Positions 55,217-63,057 are shown, counted from the first letter of the stretch. The stretch is DNA of 64,000 bases from Terriglobales bacterium (GCA_050011975.1 JBEKIB010000006.1:26433-90432); one strand, 5' to 3'. The notes: generated by a model not told the origin, from the letters alone. Program-made: numbers and translations.

Positions 55217-56515
55217 TCAAGCGGAGTACACGATCTTCCCGCCGACAATTGTCGCGACTACTTTTCCCGTGAGCTGCCGTCCATCGAAGGGCGTGTTCTT
55301 CGATTTCGAGCGGGACTTGTTGACATCGAAGGTCCACTTCTTTTTCGGATCGAAAACAGTAATGTCGGCGATCGAGCCGCGGGCCAGCGACCCGCGCCCG
55401 CGAAGATCGAAACAGCGGGCCGGGCCGGCAGTCAAGAGTTCCACGATGCGGGCAAGCGGGATGCGCTTCTCGCGATGCAGCCTGGTGATCGCCAGCGCCA
55501 GCGCCGTTTCCAGTCCGGTGATGCCGAACGCCGCGAGTTCGAATTCCATCTCTTTTTCGTGAGCGGCGTGGGGGGCGTGATCGGTGGCGATGGCGTCCAC
55601 CGTACCGTCGGCAAGCGCGGCCAGGATAGCTTCGAGGTCGGAGGCCGAGCGCAGCGGCGGATTCATCTTGTAATTGCTGTCGTAGTCACGCATATCCTCG
55701 TCGGTCAGCGTGAAATGGTGTGGCGTAACTTCAAAGGTGACGCGCGCTTTCGCGCGCTTGCCCCGGCGCACACTCTTCAGCGCGTCCGCCGTGGAAAGAT
55801 GCGCAACGTGCAGGCGCGCATTGGGAATGTGCATCGCAAGCTGCACGTCACGCTCAACGATCGAGGCCTCGGCCGCCGCGGTCATGCCGCGCAATCCGAG
55901 ACGGAACGAGCGCGCGCCCGCGTGCATCGAGCAATTTTCGGTCATCCGAGTGTCTTCGGCATGTTGTACGATCGGGAAATTCAGCTCCCCGCCCAGGACC
56001 AAGGCTTCGCGCATGATTTCGTCGTCGAGGATAGGCTTGCCATCGTCGGTGACCGCGATCGCTCCGGCGGAGTGCAGCGCACGGAAATCGGTGAGCGTGA
56101 CTCCCTTGCTCGAACGAGTCGCAGCAGCAATCGCAAATACATTCACAACCGCGCCGCGTTCGGGCTGACGAAGCCACTCGATCCACTCCACCGAATCGAC
56201 CACTGGAACCGTGTTGGGCATGGTGCAGACCGAAGTGAAGCCGCCAGCCGCGGCGGCCGCCGTGCCCGTCGCGATGGTCTCTTTATATGACTGGCCGGGC
56301 TCGCGCAGGTGAACGTGCAGATCGATGAAGCCCGGCGCGACGATGAGCCCGCGGGCGTCGAACTTCTCGTCCGCGCCTTTGATCTTGTTGGGAGCAGCAA
56401 TTTCGGCGACGCGGCCATCTTTGAGCAGCACGTCCATGGGCGCGTCGATGCGAGCCGCCGGGTCGATGAGATGGCCGCCCTTGATCAGCAGACTGCTTGT
56501 GGATCGTGAAGTCAC
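55217..56515 (-). CDS. pyrC: Dihydroorotase
   Basis: 432 aa with a GTG start at 56515 preceded by AAGGA (5-nt spacer). Motifs are GFIDLHVHLREPG and ATDHAPH. Confidence 0.9.
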   Translation of the reverse strand: MTSRSTSSLLIKGGHLIDPAARIDAPMDVLLKDGRVAEIAAPNKIKGADEKFDARGLIVAPGFIDLHVHLREPGQSYKETIATGTAAAAAGGFTSVCTMPNTVPVVDSVEWIEWLRQPERGAVVNVFAIAAATRSSKGVTLTDFRALHSAGAIAVTDDGKPILDDEIMREALVLGGELNFPIVQHAEDTRMTENCSMHAGARSFRLGLRGMTAAAEASIVERDVQLAMHIPNARLHVAHLSTADALKSVRRGKRAKARVTFEVTPHHFTLTDEDMRDYDSNYKMNPPLRSASDLEAILAALADGTVDAIATDHAPHAAHEKEMEFELAAFGITGLETALALAITRLHREKRIPLARIVELLTAGPARCFDLRGRGSLARGSIADITVFDPKKKWTFDVNKSRSKSKNTPFDGRQLTGKVVATIVGGKIVYSA

Positions 56516-56546
56516 GTCAATCCTTGAATTCCACAGATATTTTTTT

Positions 56547-56631
56547 TACCACGGAGTCACGGAGACACAAAGAAAACCAAATCAGGCCTTATTGGTTTTG
56601 ATTTTCTCCGTGTCTCCGTGACTCCGTGGTA
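56547..56631. repeat. Periodic-arm palindrome 3 (octamer units nCACGGAG / CTCCGTGn) between pyrB and pyrC
   Basis: Perfect 22-nt arms TACCACGGAGTCACGGAGACAC (56547-68) and GTGTCTCCGTGACTCCGTGGTA (56610-31). The 41-nt centre is partly self-complementary. A T7 run lies immediately 5' on the plus strand. Confidence 0.9.
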
Positions 56632-56640
56632 AATCGATCT

Positions 56641-57552
56641 TCATCGCATCTTTCCCATCGCCCGCGCCAGAATCGCCATGCGCGTGGGCACGCCGTTGCG
56701 CACTTCCTCCAGGATCCGCGCCTGCGCGCCGTCGGCTACCTCGCTGGTCAGTTCCAGCCCGCGAATAATCGGGCCGGGATGCATCACGATGGCGTCCTTC
56801 TTTGCCATCTTCAATCGCGCCGGAGTCATCTGGTAGCGCGCAATGTATTCCGGGAGGTCGATTTTCATGCCGGAGAGGCGCTCTTTCTGCACCCGCAGCA
56901 GCATGACCACATCGGTGCCGCGCAAGGCGTCTTCAATATGACGGGTCACGCGCACGCCGGGCGCGAGGGTGGTCGCAATGTCAGGCGCCAGTTCCGGCGG
57001 ACCGCAAAGAATAATCTTCACCCCGAACTTGCTTAACAGGTGGCACGCCGATCGCGCCACCCGGCTGTGAAAGATGTCACCGACAATCGCGATCTGCAGG
57101 CCTTTGAAAGTTTTCTTGTTGCGCAGAATTGTATAAGCGTCGAGCAGCGCCTGCGAGGGATGCTCGTGCAGTCCATCTCCGGCGTTGATGACGGGCACGT
57201 CGATGTGCTGCGCCATCACGTAGGGCGCGCCGGCATTGGGGTGGCGGATGACGATGATGTCGGCGCCCACGGCGCGCACCGTGTATCCCGTGTCGAGCAG
57301 CGATTCGCCTTTCTCGATACTGGAACCGATCGCCTGGATGAGGACGGTGTGAGCGCCCATCGCTTTCGCCGCGATTTCAAACGAGCTCCGGGTGCGGGTG
57401 GAGGCCTCGTAAAAAAGAAGAAGCACCCGCCTGCCCTTGAGCAGGGGCCGCGGCTTGTCCGGATTCATGCGCCGGGCAAACTTAAAAATTCTCAGGATCT
57501 CGGCTGCTTCCAGGTGCTCGATGCCGAGCAGGGAACCGCGCGCTGGATTCAT
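56641..57552 (-). CDS. pyrB: Aspartate carbamoyltransferase catalytic subunit
   Basis: 303 aa with motifs LLFYEASTRTRSSFE and HEHPSQALLD. Confidence 0.9.
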   Translation of the reverse strand: MNPARGSLLGIEHLEAAEILRIFKFARRMNPDKPRPLLKGRRVLLLFYEASTRTRSSFEIAAKAMGAHTVLIQAIGSSIEKGESLLDTGYTVRAVGADIIVIRHPNAGAPYVMAQHIDVPVINAGDGLHEHPSQALLDAYTILRNKKTFKGLQIAIVGDIFHSRVARSACHLLSKFGVKIILCGPPELAPDIATTLAPGVRVTRHIEDALRGTDVVMLLRVQKERLSGMKIDLPEYIARYQMTPARLKMAKKDAIVMHPGPIIRGLELTSEVADGAQARILEEVRNGVPTRMAILARAMGKMR

Positions 57553-57556
57553 AATT

Positions 57557-57643
57557 AATTTGTGATTTCCAATTTGTAATTTGTGATTAAGAACCGCGCA
57601 ATGGGCTTTTTAATTACAAATTACAAACCGCAAATTACAAATT
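57557..57643. repeat. Periodic-arm palindrome 4 (heptamer units ATTTGTr / TTACAAA) between pyrR and pyrB
   Basis: The left arm is AATTTGTGATTTCCAATTTGTAATTTGTGATTAA (57557-90). The right arm is TTAATTACAAATTACAAACCGCAAATTACAAATT (57610-43). The arms are 34 nt with a 4-nt internal mismatch block. The right arm contains the pyrR stop codon. The left arm ends 4 nt from the pyrB ATG. Confidence 0.9.
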
Positions 57644-58243
57644 GACCTGCTTTTCCATCAGCAATACTTTCTCCGCGTCATCCACCTCGCGAAGTTTGAC
57701 CTCAATAATCTGATTCTCCGTCGTCTGCACCGCTCGTCCAATGAAAGCGGCTTCAATAGGTAATTCGCGATGGCCGCGATCGATCAATACGCACAACTGC
57801 AAGCGCTTGGGGCGGCCCGCACGAAACAGCGCGTCCATGGCGGCACGGGTGGTGCGTCCGGTGTAGAGCACGTCGTCGACCAGCACCACCGACTTGCCCG
57901 TGATGGGAATCTCCATCTCGGTTTTCTGCACCACGGGCTTGGAGTCGATGGTGGAAAGATCGTCGCGATAGAGGGTAATGTCGAGCGTGCCGAGCAGCAC
58001 CGGTTTCTTTTCAATGCGCTGAATAATCTTCGACAGCCGTTCGGCCAGCGGAACGCCACGACGCCGGATGCCGACCAGCGCCAGATCTTCGACGCCATTA
58101 TTTTTCTCGAGAATCTCATGCGCCAGCCGGATCAAGGTGCGCTCCACCTCGGATGCCGACATCAACTGCGCTTTCTGATGGATCTCGAAGGAACGTCCTG
58201 GCGCGCGCGAATTCATAAACGCTGCATCATACGCGTGCGGCAA
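57635..58243 (-). CDS. pyrR: Bifunctional pyrimidine operon regulator / uracil phosphoribosyltransferase PyrR
   Basis: 202 aa with PRPP-binding motif VVLVDDVLYTGRTTRAAMDAL and DITLYRDDL. The start is uncertain (ATG 58243 or 58216). Confidence 0.9.
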   Translation of the reverse strand: MPHAYDAAFMNSRAPGRSFEIHQKAQLMSASEVERTLIRLAHEILEKNNGVEDLALVGIRRRGVPLAERLSKIIQRIEKKPVLLGTLDITLYRDDLSTIDSKPVVQKTEMEIPITGKSVVLVDDVLYTGRTTRAAMDALFRAGRPKRLQLCVLIDRGHRELPIEAAFIGRAVQTTENQIIEVKLREVDDAEKVLLMEKQVNL

Positions 58244-58290
58244 GATCAGAGCAAGGCCGCGTCTGAACCCCGCATCGATGCTGATTGAAA

Positions 58291-59013
58291 CTACACGCTG
58301 GTTTTGCCGGGCCGCAGCAACAGCGTGGCCAGCGCACCTCCAACGGAGGCGAGCACCGCGGTAACAATCATCCCAAAAAAGAAGGTGAGCGCCAGCCCCG
58401 ACGGGGTGAACAGGTTGTGGATGCTGGCTTGAATGTCAGGGTCCGCCGCGTTGGCTCCGAACCTTTGCGCGACTTTCAGGACGGCCTCGGTGTATTCCTG
58501 CTGGGCATGAAAGACAAAAATCCGGATGGTGATCAACAGAGCGTTAATGGCGAAGGCGACGACGCCCGCTGCTCCTCCGACACGCGCTCCGAGAGCGGCA
58601 GGAAGTGCGAATCCATTTTCGCGGCGGTAGAAAAAGACGCCCAGCGCCCCAGTCAGCACGATGCCGAGAAATGGGATCATGCCGATGAAAACGCCGAGCA
58701 CACCGGCCTTGAGCGCAGCCCGAACGGCAATTCCCCTGTCGATCGTTCCGGCCATCGTGCTTCCGAATGGCTGCCTCGGAGACGAAACCAGCCCCGTCTC
58801 TGCGGGAATCTCCGGAGGAGCCTCGTCCGGCGCGGGTTTCAAGTCCGCGCCAATTTCAGCATCCGGAATCGCCACCTGCACGTGTATTTGAGGGGCGCGG
58901 CATTGCGGACAAAACGGCCGCCCGTCCTCGACCGTGGTCCCACATTGTTGGCAAGGGTGTTCCACGTCTTTGAAGCTAGCGCACAACGAACCCCGAGAGC
59001 AAGGCAGGGCCAT
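58291..59013 (-). CDS. Zinc-ribbon domain membrane protein
   Basis: 240 aa with N-terminal CQQCGTTVEDGRPFCPQCRAPQI (CxxC...CxxC), followed by about 4 TM helices. Confidence 0.5.
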   Translation of the reverse strand: MALPCSRGSLCASFKDVEHPCQQCGTTVEDGRPFCPQCRAPQIHVQVAIPDAEIGADLKPAPDEAPPEIPAETGLVSSPRQPFGSTMAGTIDRGIAVRAALKAGVLGVFIGMIPFLGIVLTGALGVFFYRRENGFALPAALGARVGGAAGVVAFAINALLITIRIFVFHAQQEYTEAVLKVAQRFGANAADPDIQASIHNLFTPSGLALTFFFGMIVTAVLASVGGALATLLLRPGKTSV

Positions 59014-59107
59014 TGAATCATTGAGTCATTACGTCATTGAATCATTGGGTGATCTGGTAAGGAGGGACGATTCCATGATGCAATGTCTCAATGCCTCAAT
59101 GCCTCAT
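59011..59107. repeat. Periodic-arm palindrome 5 (same ATTGAnTC / AATGnCTC octamer family as palindrome 2)
   Basis: The left arm is CATTGAAT CATTGAGT CATTACGT CATTGAAT CATTGGGT. The loop contains AAGGAGG. The right arm is CAATGTCT CAATGCCT CAATGCCT CAT. It starts with the complement of the zinc-ribbon gene ATG and ends 1 nt before the lipoprotein gene stop. Confidence 0.85.
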
Positions 59108-59734
59108 TCAGATCGTATCGTCCGAGCCCGAGTGCATGCGCACATAAACCAGGGCAAAGCGGGTTCCCGGGCTGTGGGGCTTCACGGCAACGACGTGCTG
59201 GTTCCCCTCTGTGCCCACCTTCAACTCCACCGAATCTCCGCCGCCGCTGTTCCCGCATGAGACCGGCTTCGACATGTCATCCTTGCCGGCTTTGGTTTCT
59301 ACGCTACCGCCGTGCCAGGCGCCGCGGCACTGGATGGGCTTGCCATATTTCTGCAGCTCTTTGTCGTAGTAGGCGATGATTTTGTCGGGAGCGTCGTCGG
59401 AGACGAACTCTGCGGCCACCACTTTCAACGAGAATCCCATCACCGAAAGATTTACATTGGCGCTCTTCTTGTCGTCGCTGTCGTCTTTCGGTGCCGGCTT
59501 CGCGCCGGGATAGAGCGCCAGCCCAGCGTCGCGGATGTCGGCTTGATCGCTGACGTGCAAATCACCCATGGGGGTCTTGATATCAACGTGCTTCTCGCCA
59601 TCCTTGCCCTTGTCGTTCGTATTGATGCTGCAAGCGGGAAGCACCGAGAGCGCGGCCAACAGCGCGGCCCAAGAAAGTCTTACGATCACGTTACGGCTGA
59701 ACATTTTAACGCTGGACATTTTAACGCTGGACAT
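59108..59734 (-). CDS. Lipoprotein of unknown function
   Basis: The ATG at 59734 is preceded by GGAGG. The lipobox is LSVLPAC-S. The track ORF extends further upstream into GH3. The mature part is Asp/Lys-rich. Confidence 0.55.
   Translation of the reverse strand: MSSVKMSSVKMFSRNVIVRLSWAALLAALSVLPACSINTNDKGKDGEKHVDIKTPMGDLHVSDQADIRDAGLALYPGAKPAPKDDSDDKKSANVNLSVMGFSLKVVAAEFVSDDAPDKIIAYYDKELQKYGKPIQCRGAWHGGSVETKAGKDDMSKPVSCGNSGGGDSVELKVGTEGNQHVVAVKPHSPGTRFALVYVRMHSGSDDTI
59690..59734 (-). repeat. 15-bp tandem duplication at the lipoprotein start (MSSVK MSSVK MFSRN)
   Basis: On the minus strand, ATGTCCAGCGTTAAA occurs twice perfectly (59734-59720 and 59719-59705). A degenerate third copy ATGTTCAGCCGTAAC follows. 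The GH3 stop codon lies inside the first copy. Confidence 0.85.
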
Positions 59735-61646
59735 GGGAGGAACCTCCTGAGCTGGGTTGGGCTGAAATTGGCCGGGCAGGGCGCTCGATCCCCTCGCCTC
59801 GGGATGCGATGCCCGGAATCGTAACCGGCAGATGACCACTGATCGGGATTTCGCCGAATATCGCTTTCACGGCAGCAGATTCCGACACGGTTGCATTGGA
59901 GAACGCGCACACATAATTCTGGATCGCGGGGAAATCCTGCACCACATAGGGATTTCCCATGGCGAGTACTACAGTACGCTTGGCGGCGCTGTCGAGAATC
60001 GCCGTAAGCAAAGATCCTGTAGCCTCGTCCATGGCGACGGTATTCCTCAAACCTCCTCCAGCGGCACGCATCGCCTTGCCCGCGGTCGGAACCACATACA
60101 CTGCGGCGATTACGTGTTCCGCCGCTTCCACCGCTTCAATCACGGGCGCCTTCATGCCGGCAGCCGAGCGCGCATCCACATAGATCATGCGGGCGTCAGG
60201 CACACGGGCTAGAATCTGGCGTTCGAGCATACGTCCGGAATCGGCGCGCAGGTCGTCGGAAAAAATCACCACTACGAGACGGTTGCTCACCTCTGTCAAT
60301 GATTGATACGGAAGCCCGGCCACAGGAGTTCCAAAAGACTGCAGCGGGATCACTTTGCCGTTGTCGCGGATGAGGGTAATCGCTTCGTCGGCAATACGCT
60401 GGCCGGCGGCCAGATTCTCCGGTTTCGCAATCTCGCTCGAGAGTCGGTCAGGGTCCACCAGGCGCGCCTGGTTCAAACCGAGAGAAGCCTTAAGCTCCAG
60501 AATCTTGCGCACGGATTGATCGAGCCGCGGACGGCTGATTTCGCCGCTATGCACCGCTTGCAGCATCGAGCGATAACTGGCGCCGAGATCGGCTGGAATG
60601 ATCAGCATGTCATTGCCGGCTTCGAAGGATTCGACCGCGGCCCGGCCGATATCCTTGGCGTAGATGCGCGTCAGCCCCGCCATGTCGAGGGCGTCGGTCA
60701 CGACGATCCCTTTGAATCCCAAGTCCTCTTTGAGCAGTCCGGTCACAATCGCCTTGGAAGTTGTAGCCACCCGGTTGGGCTCGGCGTCGAGAGCGGGAAC
60801 GGTTACGTGCGCCACCATCACAGCGTCGACCCCTGCCTCAATCGCGCGCCGGAACGGCGGCAGTTCGACCTCATCGAGGCGTGCCCGGTCGCCAGTGACT
60901 TCAGCGAGGCCAAGATGAGAATCGGCAGCGGTGTCGCCGTGTCCGGGAAAGTGTTTGGCCGTCGCCAGCATGGAGCCTTCGTGAGCGCCCCGAATGTACG
61001 CCGCCACGAAATCGCCCACCTGCTTCGGGTCTTCTCCGAACGAGCGCGTGTTAATAATGGGATTCGCCGGGTTGGAATTTACGTCGGCAACGGGAAAGAA
61101 ATTCCAATGCACTCCAACGGCCCTCGCTTCGAGCGCCGTGATGCGTCCAAAGGCCTCAGCATTTTCCGTTTTGCCGGTAGCTCCAAAAGCCATCGCATGG
61201 GGAAAGACAGTAGCGCCATTCAACCGCATCGACACACCGCGCTCGAAGTCTGCCGCCACAATAAGGGGCAGCTTGGAGGATTTCTGCAGCCGGTTGAGCA
61301 GCTCGGCAGCGACATCGGGTTGGCTTTTGAGCAGGACCGGGCCATCCACCGGTACGCTCATGACCAGGGCTCCAATGTGATATTTGCGGATGTTGTCGCG
61401 CATCTGAATATAGAGGGGGTCGGCATCGTTCAGAAATTGCGCTCTCACAAAGATCGCGAAGAGTTGGCCGACTTTTTCTTCGGGCGACATCTTGCGTAAC
61501 GTCTTGTCGACCCACTTCTGTCCGGCTCTGTCGACATGGATGGGACCGGGCTGCAGAAAGCGGTCCTTGCTCGTGTCTTTAGCAAAGCAAAGCGCCGCGG
61601 CCAGCAGGAGCGCGATCGGCAGAAGATGTCGGAGCATGCAATTCAC
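59721..61646 (-). CDS. Glycoside hydrolase family 3 protein (beta-N-acetylhexosaminidase / beta-glucosidase-like), secreted
   Basis: 641 aa with a signal peptide. The GH3 motifs are KHFPGHGDTAADSH and GIVVTDALDM. Confidence 0.8.
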   Translation of the reverse strand: MNCMLRHLLPIALLLAAALCFAKDTSKDRFLQPGPIHVDRAGQKWVDKTLRKMSPEEKVGQLFAIFVRAQFLNDADPLYIQMRDNIRKYHIGALVMSVPVDGPVLLKSQPDVAAELLNRLQKSSKLPLIVAADFERGVSMRLNGATVFPHAMAFGATGKTENAEAFGRITALEARAVGVHWNFFPVADVNSNPANPIINTRSFGEDPKQVGDFVAAYIRGAHEGSMLATAKHFPGHGDTAADSHLGLAEVTGDRARLDEVELPPFRRAIEAGVDAVMVAHVTVPALDAEPNRVATTSKAIVTGLLKEDLGFKGIVVTDALDMAGLTRIYAKDIGRAAVESFEAGNDMLIIPADLGASYRSMLQAVHSGEISRPRLDQSVRKILELKASLGLNQARLVDPDRLSSEIAKPENLAAGQRIADEAITLIRDNGKVIPLQSFGTPVAGLPYQSLTEVSNRLVVVIFSDDLRADSGRMLERQILARVPDARMIYVDARSAAGMKAPVIEAVEAAEHVIAAVYVVPTAGKAMRAAGGGLRNTVAMDEATGSLLTAILDSAAKRTVVLAMGNPYVVQDFPAIQNYVCAFSNATVSESAAVKAIFGEIPISGHLPVTIPGIASRGEGIERPARPISAQPSSGGSSHVQR

Positions 61647-61679
61647 AATAGCAAAAGTTGAAATTGCACGCGAACTCTC

Positions 61680-62708
61680 TCAAATTTCTCCTTCAACAAT
61701 TGCAATGCCTTCCGCCTGAATCGCCGGCTCGTCGCCAAACCCGGCCAGCCAATGCACATCTGGTTCTCGCCGGAACCATGTGATCTGGCGCTTGGCATAG
61801 TTACGATGTGCCTGTTGCGCCGCGGCGATTGCCGATTCCCGATCCAGTTCGCCGCGCAAGAACTGCATCGCCTGCTTGTATCCGAGCGACGCGAGCGGGC
61901 GCGCTTCGTCGCCATACTTTGCGAGAAGCCGTTCCGTCTCGGCGATCAGGCCTTCGTCAAACATCTTCGCGGCCCGCTGGTTGATGCGGACATAAAGAAC
62001 TTTGCGCCCCGGATTGAGCCCGAGACGCAGAACGCGAAAGCCGCGCAGCGGTTCGCGTCCCTGCTGCCAGAGTTCGGTCATATTTCGAGCCGAGGTTCGA
62101 GCCGAGGTTCGGCGCGAAACCAGGCACACTTCAATCGCCCGGATCATCTTCGGAACGTCATGGGCGTGAATGCGGCTCGCTGCCGAAGAGTCGAGCCGCC
62201 GCAGGATGCGGTGCAAGTGCTCGCTCCCGCACTTCTCGGCGCGTGCGCGCAGTTTGCTGCGCAGCTCTTCGGACCGCTGCGGGCCGGAAAAAAGTCCTTC
62301 GAGCAAAGCGCGCAGATAGAGTCCGGTTCCGCCGCTGACGATGGGCAAATGTCTTCGCTGCCCGTCTTCGCTTAAGGCTCTCTCGCGCAGAACTATTTCG
62401 CGTAGAATCTGCCGCGCCTGGCGCGCATATTCTCCCGCGCTGACGTCGGCAAGCGGATCCACGCAATCCAGCAGGTGATGCGGAACTTCCGCGCGCTCGG
62501 CCGCACTGGGCTTGGCCGTGCCGACGTCAAATTCGCGGTACATTGCAACCGAATCGCAGTTGACAATTTCTCCGCCGAAGCGCCGCGCGATCCCGAGCGC
62601 CAGCGCCGTCTTCCCGCTCGCCGTGGGACCAAGCACGACGACGAGCAGCGGCTCGCGATTTAGCCCAGGCGGCTTCGGCAACCCCGGCAACTTCAGCGCG
62701 CGTTCCAA
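61680..62708 (-). CDS. miaA: tRNA dimethylallyltransferase
   Basis: 342 aa with P-loop GPTASGKT, followed by NCDSVAMYREFDVGTAKPS. Confidence 0.9.
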   Translation of the reverse strand: MERALKLPGLPKPPGLNREPLLVVVLGPTASGKTALALGIARRFGGEIVNCDSVAMYREFDVGTAKPSAAERAEVPHHLLDCVDPLADVSAGEYARQARQILREIVLRERALSEDGQRRHLPIVSGGTGLYLRALLEGLFSGPQRSEELRSKLRARAEKCGSEHLHRILRRLDSSAASRIHAHDVPKMIRAIEVCLVSRRTSARTSARNMTELWQQGREPLRGFRVLRLGLNPGRKVLYVRINQRAAKMFDEGLIAETERLLAKYGDEARPLASLGYKQAMQFLRGELDRESAIAAAQQAHRNYAKRQITWFRREPDVHWLAGFGDEPAIQAEGIAIVEGEI

Positions 62709-62884
62709 GGAATATACCGCCAGTAGCGGATGATGGTGAGAACGAGCAGTAGAACCGCCATGAGAAGCAATCCGGTGGCTTCGGCGGCGTAGATGGAATG
62801 GCGGTGCTGATGCTTGTTGTCCTGATGCTGGTTGTGCTGATGCTCGTGGTCGGCCGCCGGCTTCGGGGGAACGGGGGAGTTCAC
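62693..62884 (-). CDS. Small His-rich single-pass membrane protein (tentative)
   Basis: 63 aa with a GTG start. The N-terminus DHEHQHNQHQDNKHQHRH is followed by one TM helix (GLLLMAVLLLVLTII). It overlaps the miaA start by 16 nt. No SD is visible. Confidence 0.3.
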   Translation of the reverse strand: MNSPVPPKPAADHEHQHNQHQDNKHQHRHSIYAAEATGLLLMAVLLLVLTIIRYWRYIPWNAR

Positions 62885-62904
62885 GCGGCTATTGTAGCCG
62901 TTTC

Positions 62905-63027
62905 GTTGGTCGATAGTCGTTAGTCGTCAGTCGATGGTCGGCAGCAAACGCCGTTCGCACCCATTCATCGCGAACGACCAACGACCAACGACGAACGACT
63001 AACGACGAACGACTAACGACCAGCGAC
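62905..63027. repeat. Periodic-arm palindrome 6 (heptamer units GTyAGTC / GACnAAC)
   Basis: The left arm is GTTGGTC GATAGTC GTTAGTC GTCAGTC GATGGTC GGCAGCA (62905-46). After a loop of about 25 nt, the right arm is GACCAAC GACCAAC GACGAAC GACTAAC GACGAAC GACTAAC GACCAGC (about 62976-63024). Arm complementarity is about 80%. Confidence 0.85.
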
Positions 63028-63057
63028 TGCCTCGCGGTACACTACGGGCGCGCCGTC

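Noticed and set aside
57553-58290. Canonical PyrR-binding attenuator RNA in the pyr leader or intercistronic regions
   Set aside because: I could not find the UCCAGAGAGG-type binding loop by eye in either region. A covariance-model scan is needed to be sure, so I did not report it as a feature.
59058-59260. AAGGAGG-9nt-ATG in the loop of palindrome 5, opening a 61-codon plus-strand frame (MMQCLNASMPHSDRIV...)
   Set aside because: The frame is antisense to the lipoprotein gene and looks non-protein-like. The SD-like sequence is more simply explained as part of the repeat element.
55169-61499. Plus-strand ORFs antisense to pyrC (55169..56290), pyrB (57040..57558), pyrR (57770..58288) and GH3 (60303..61499)
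   Set aside because: All are antisense to genes with diagnostic motifs. Their composition is typical of GC-rich non-coding frames.
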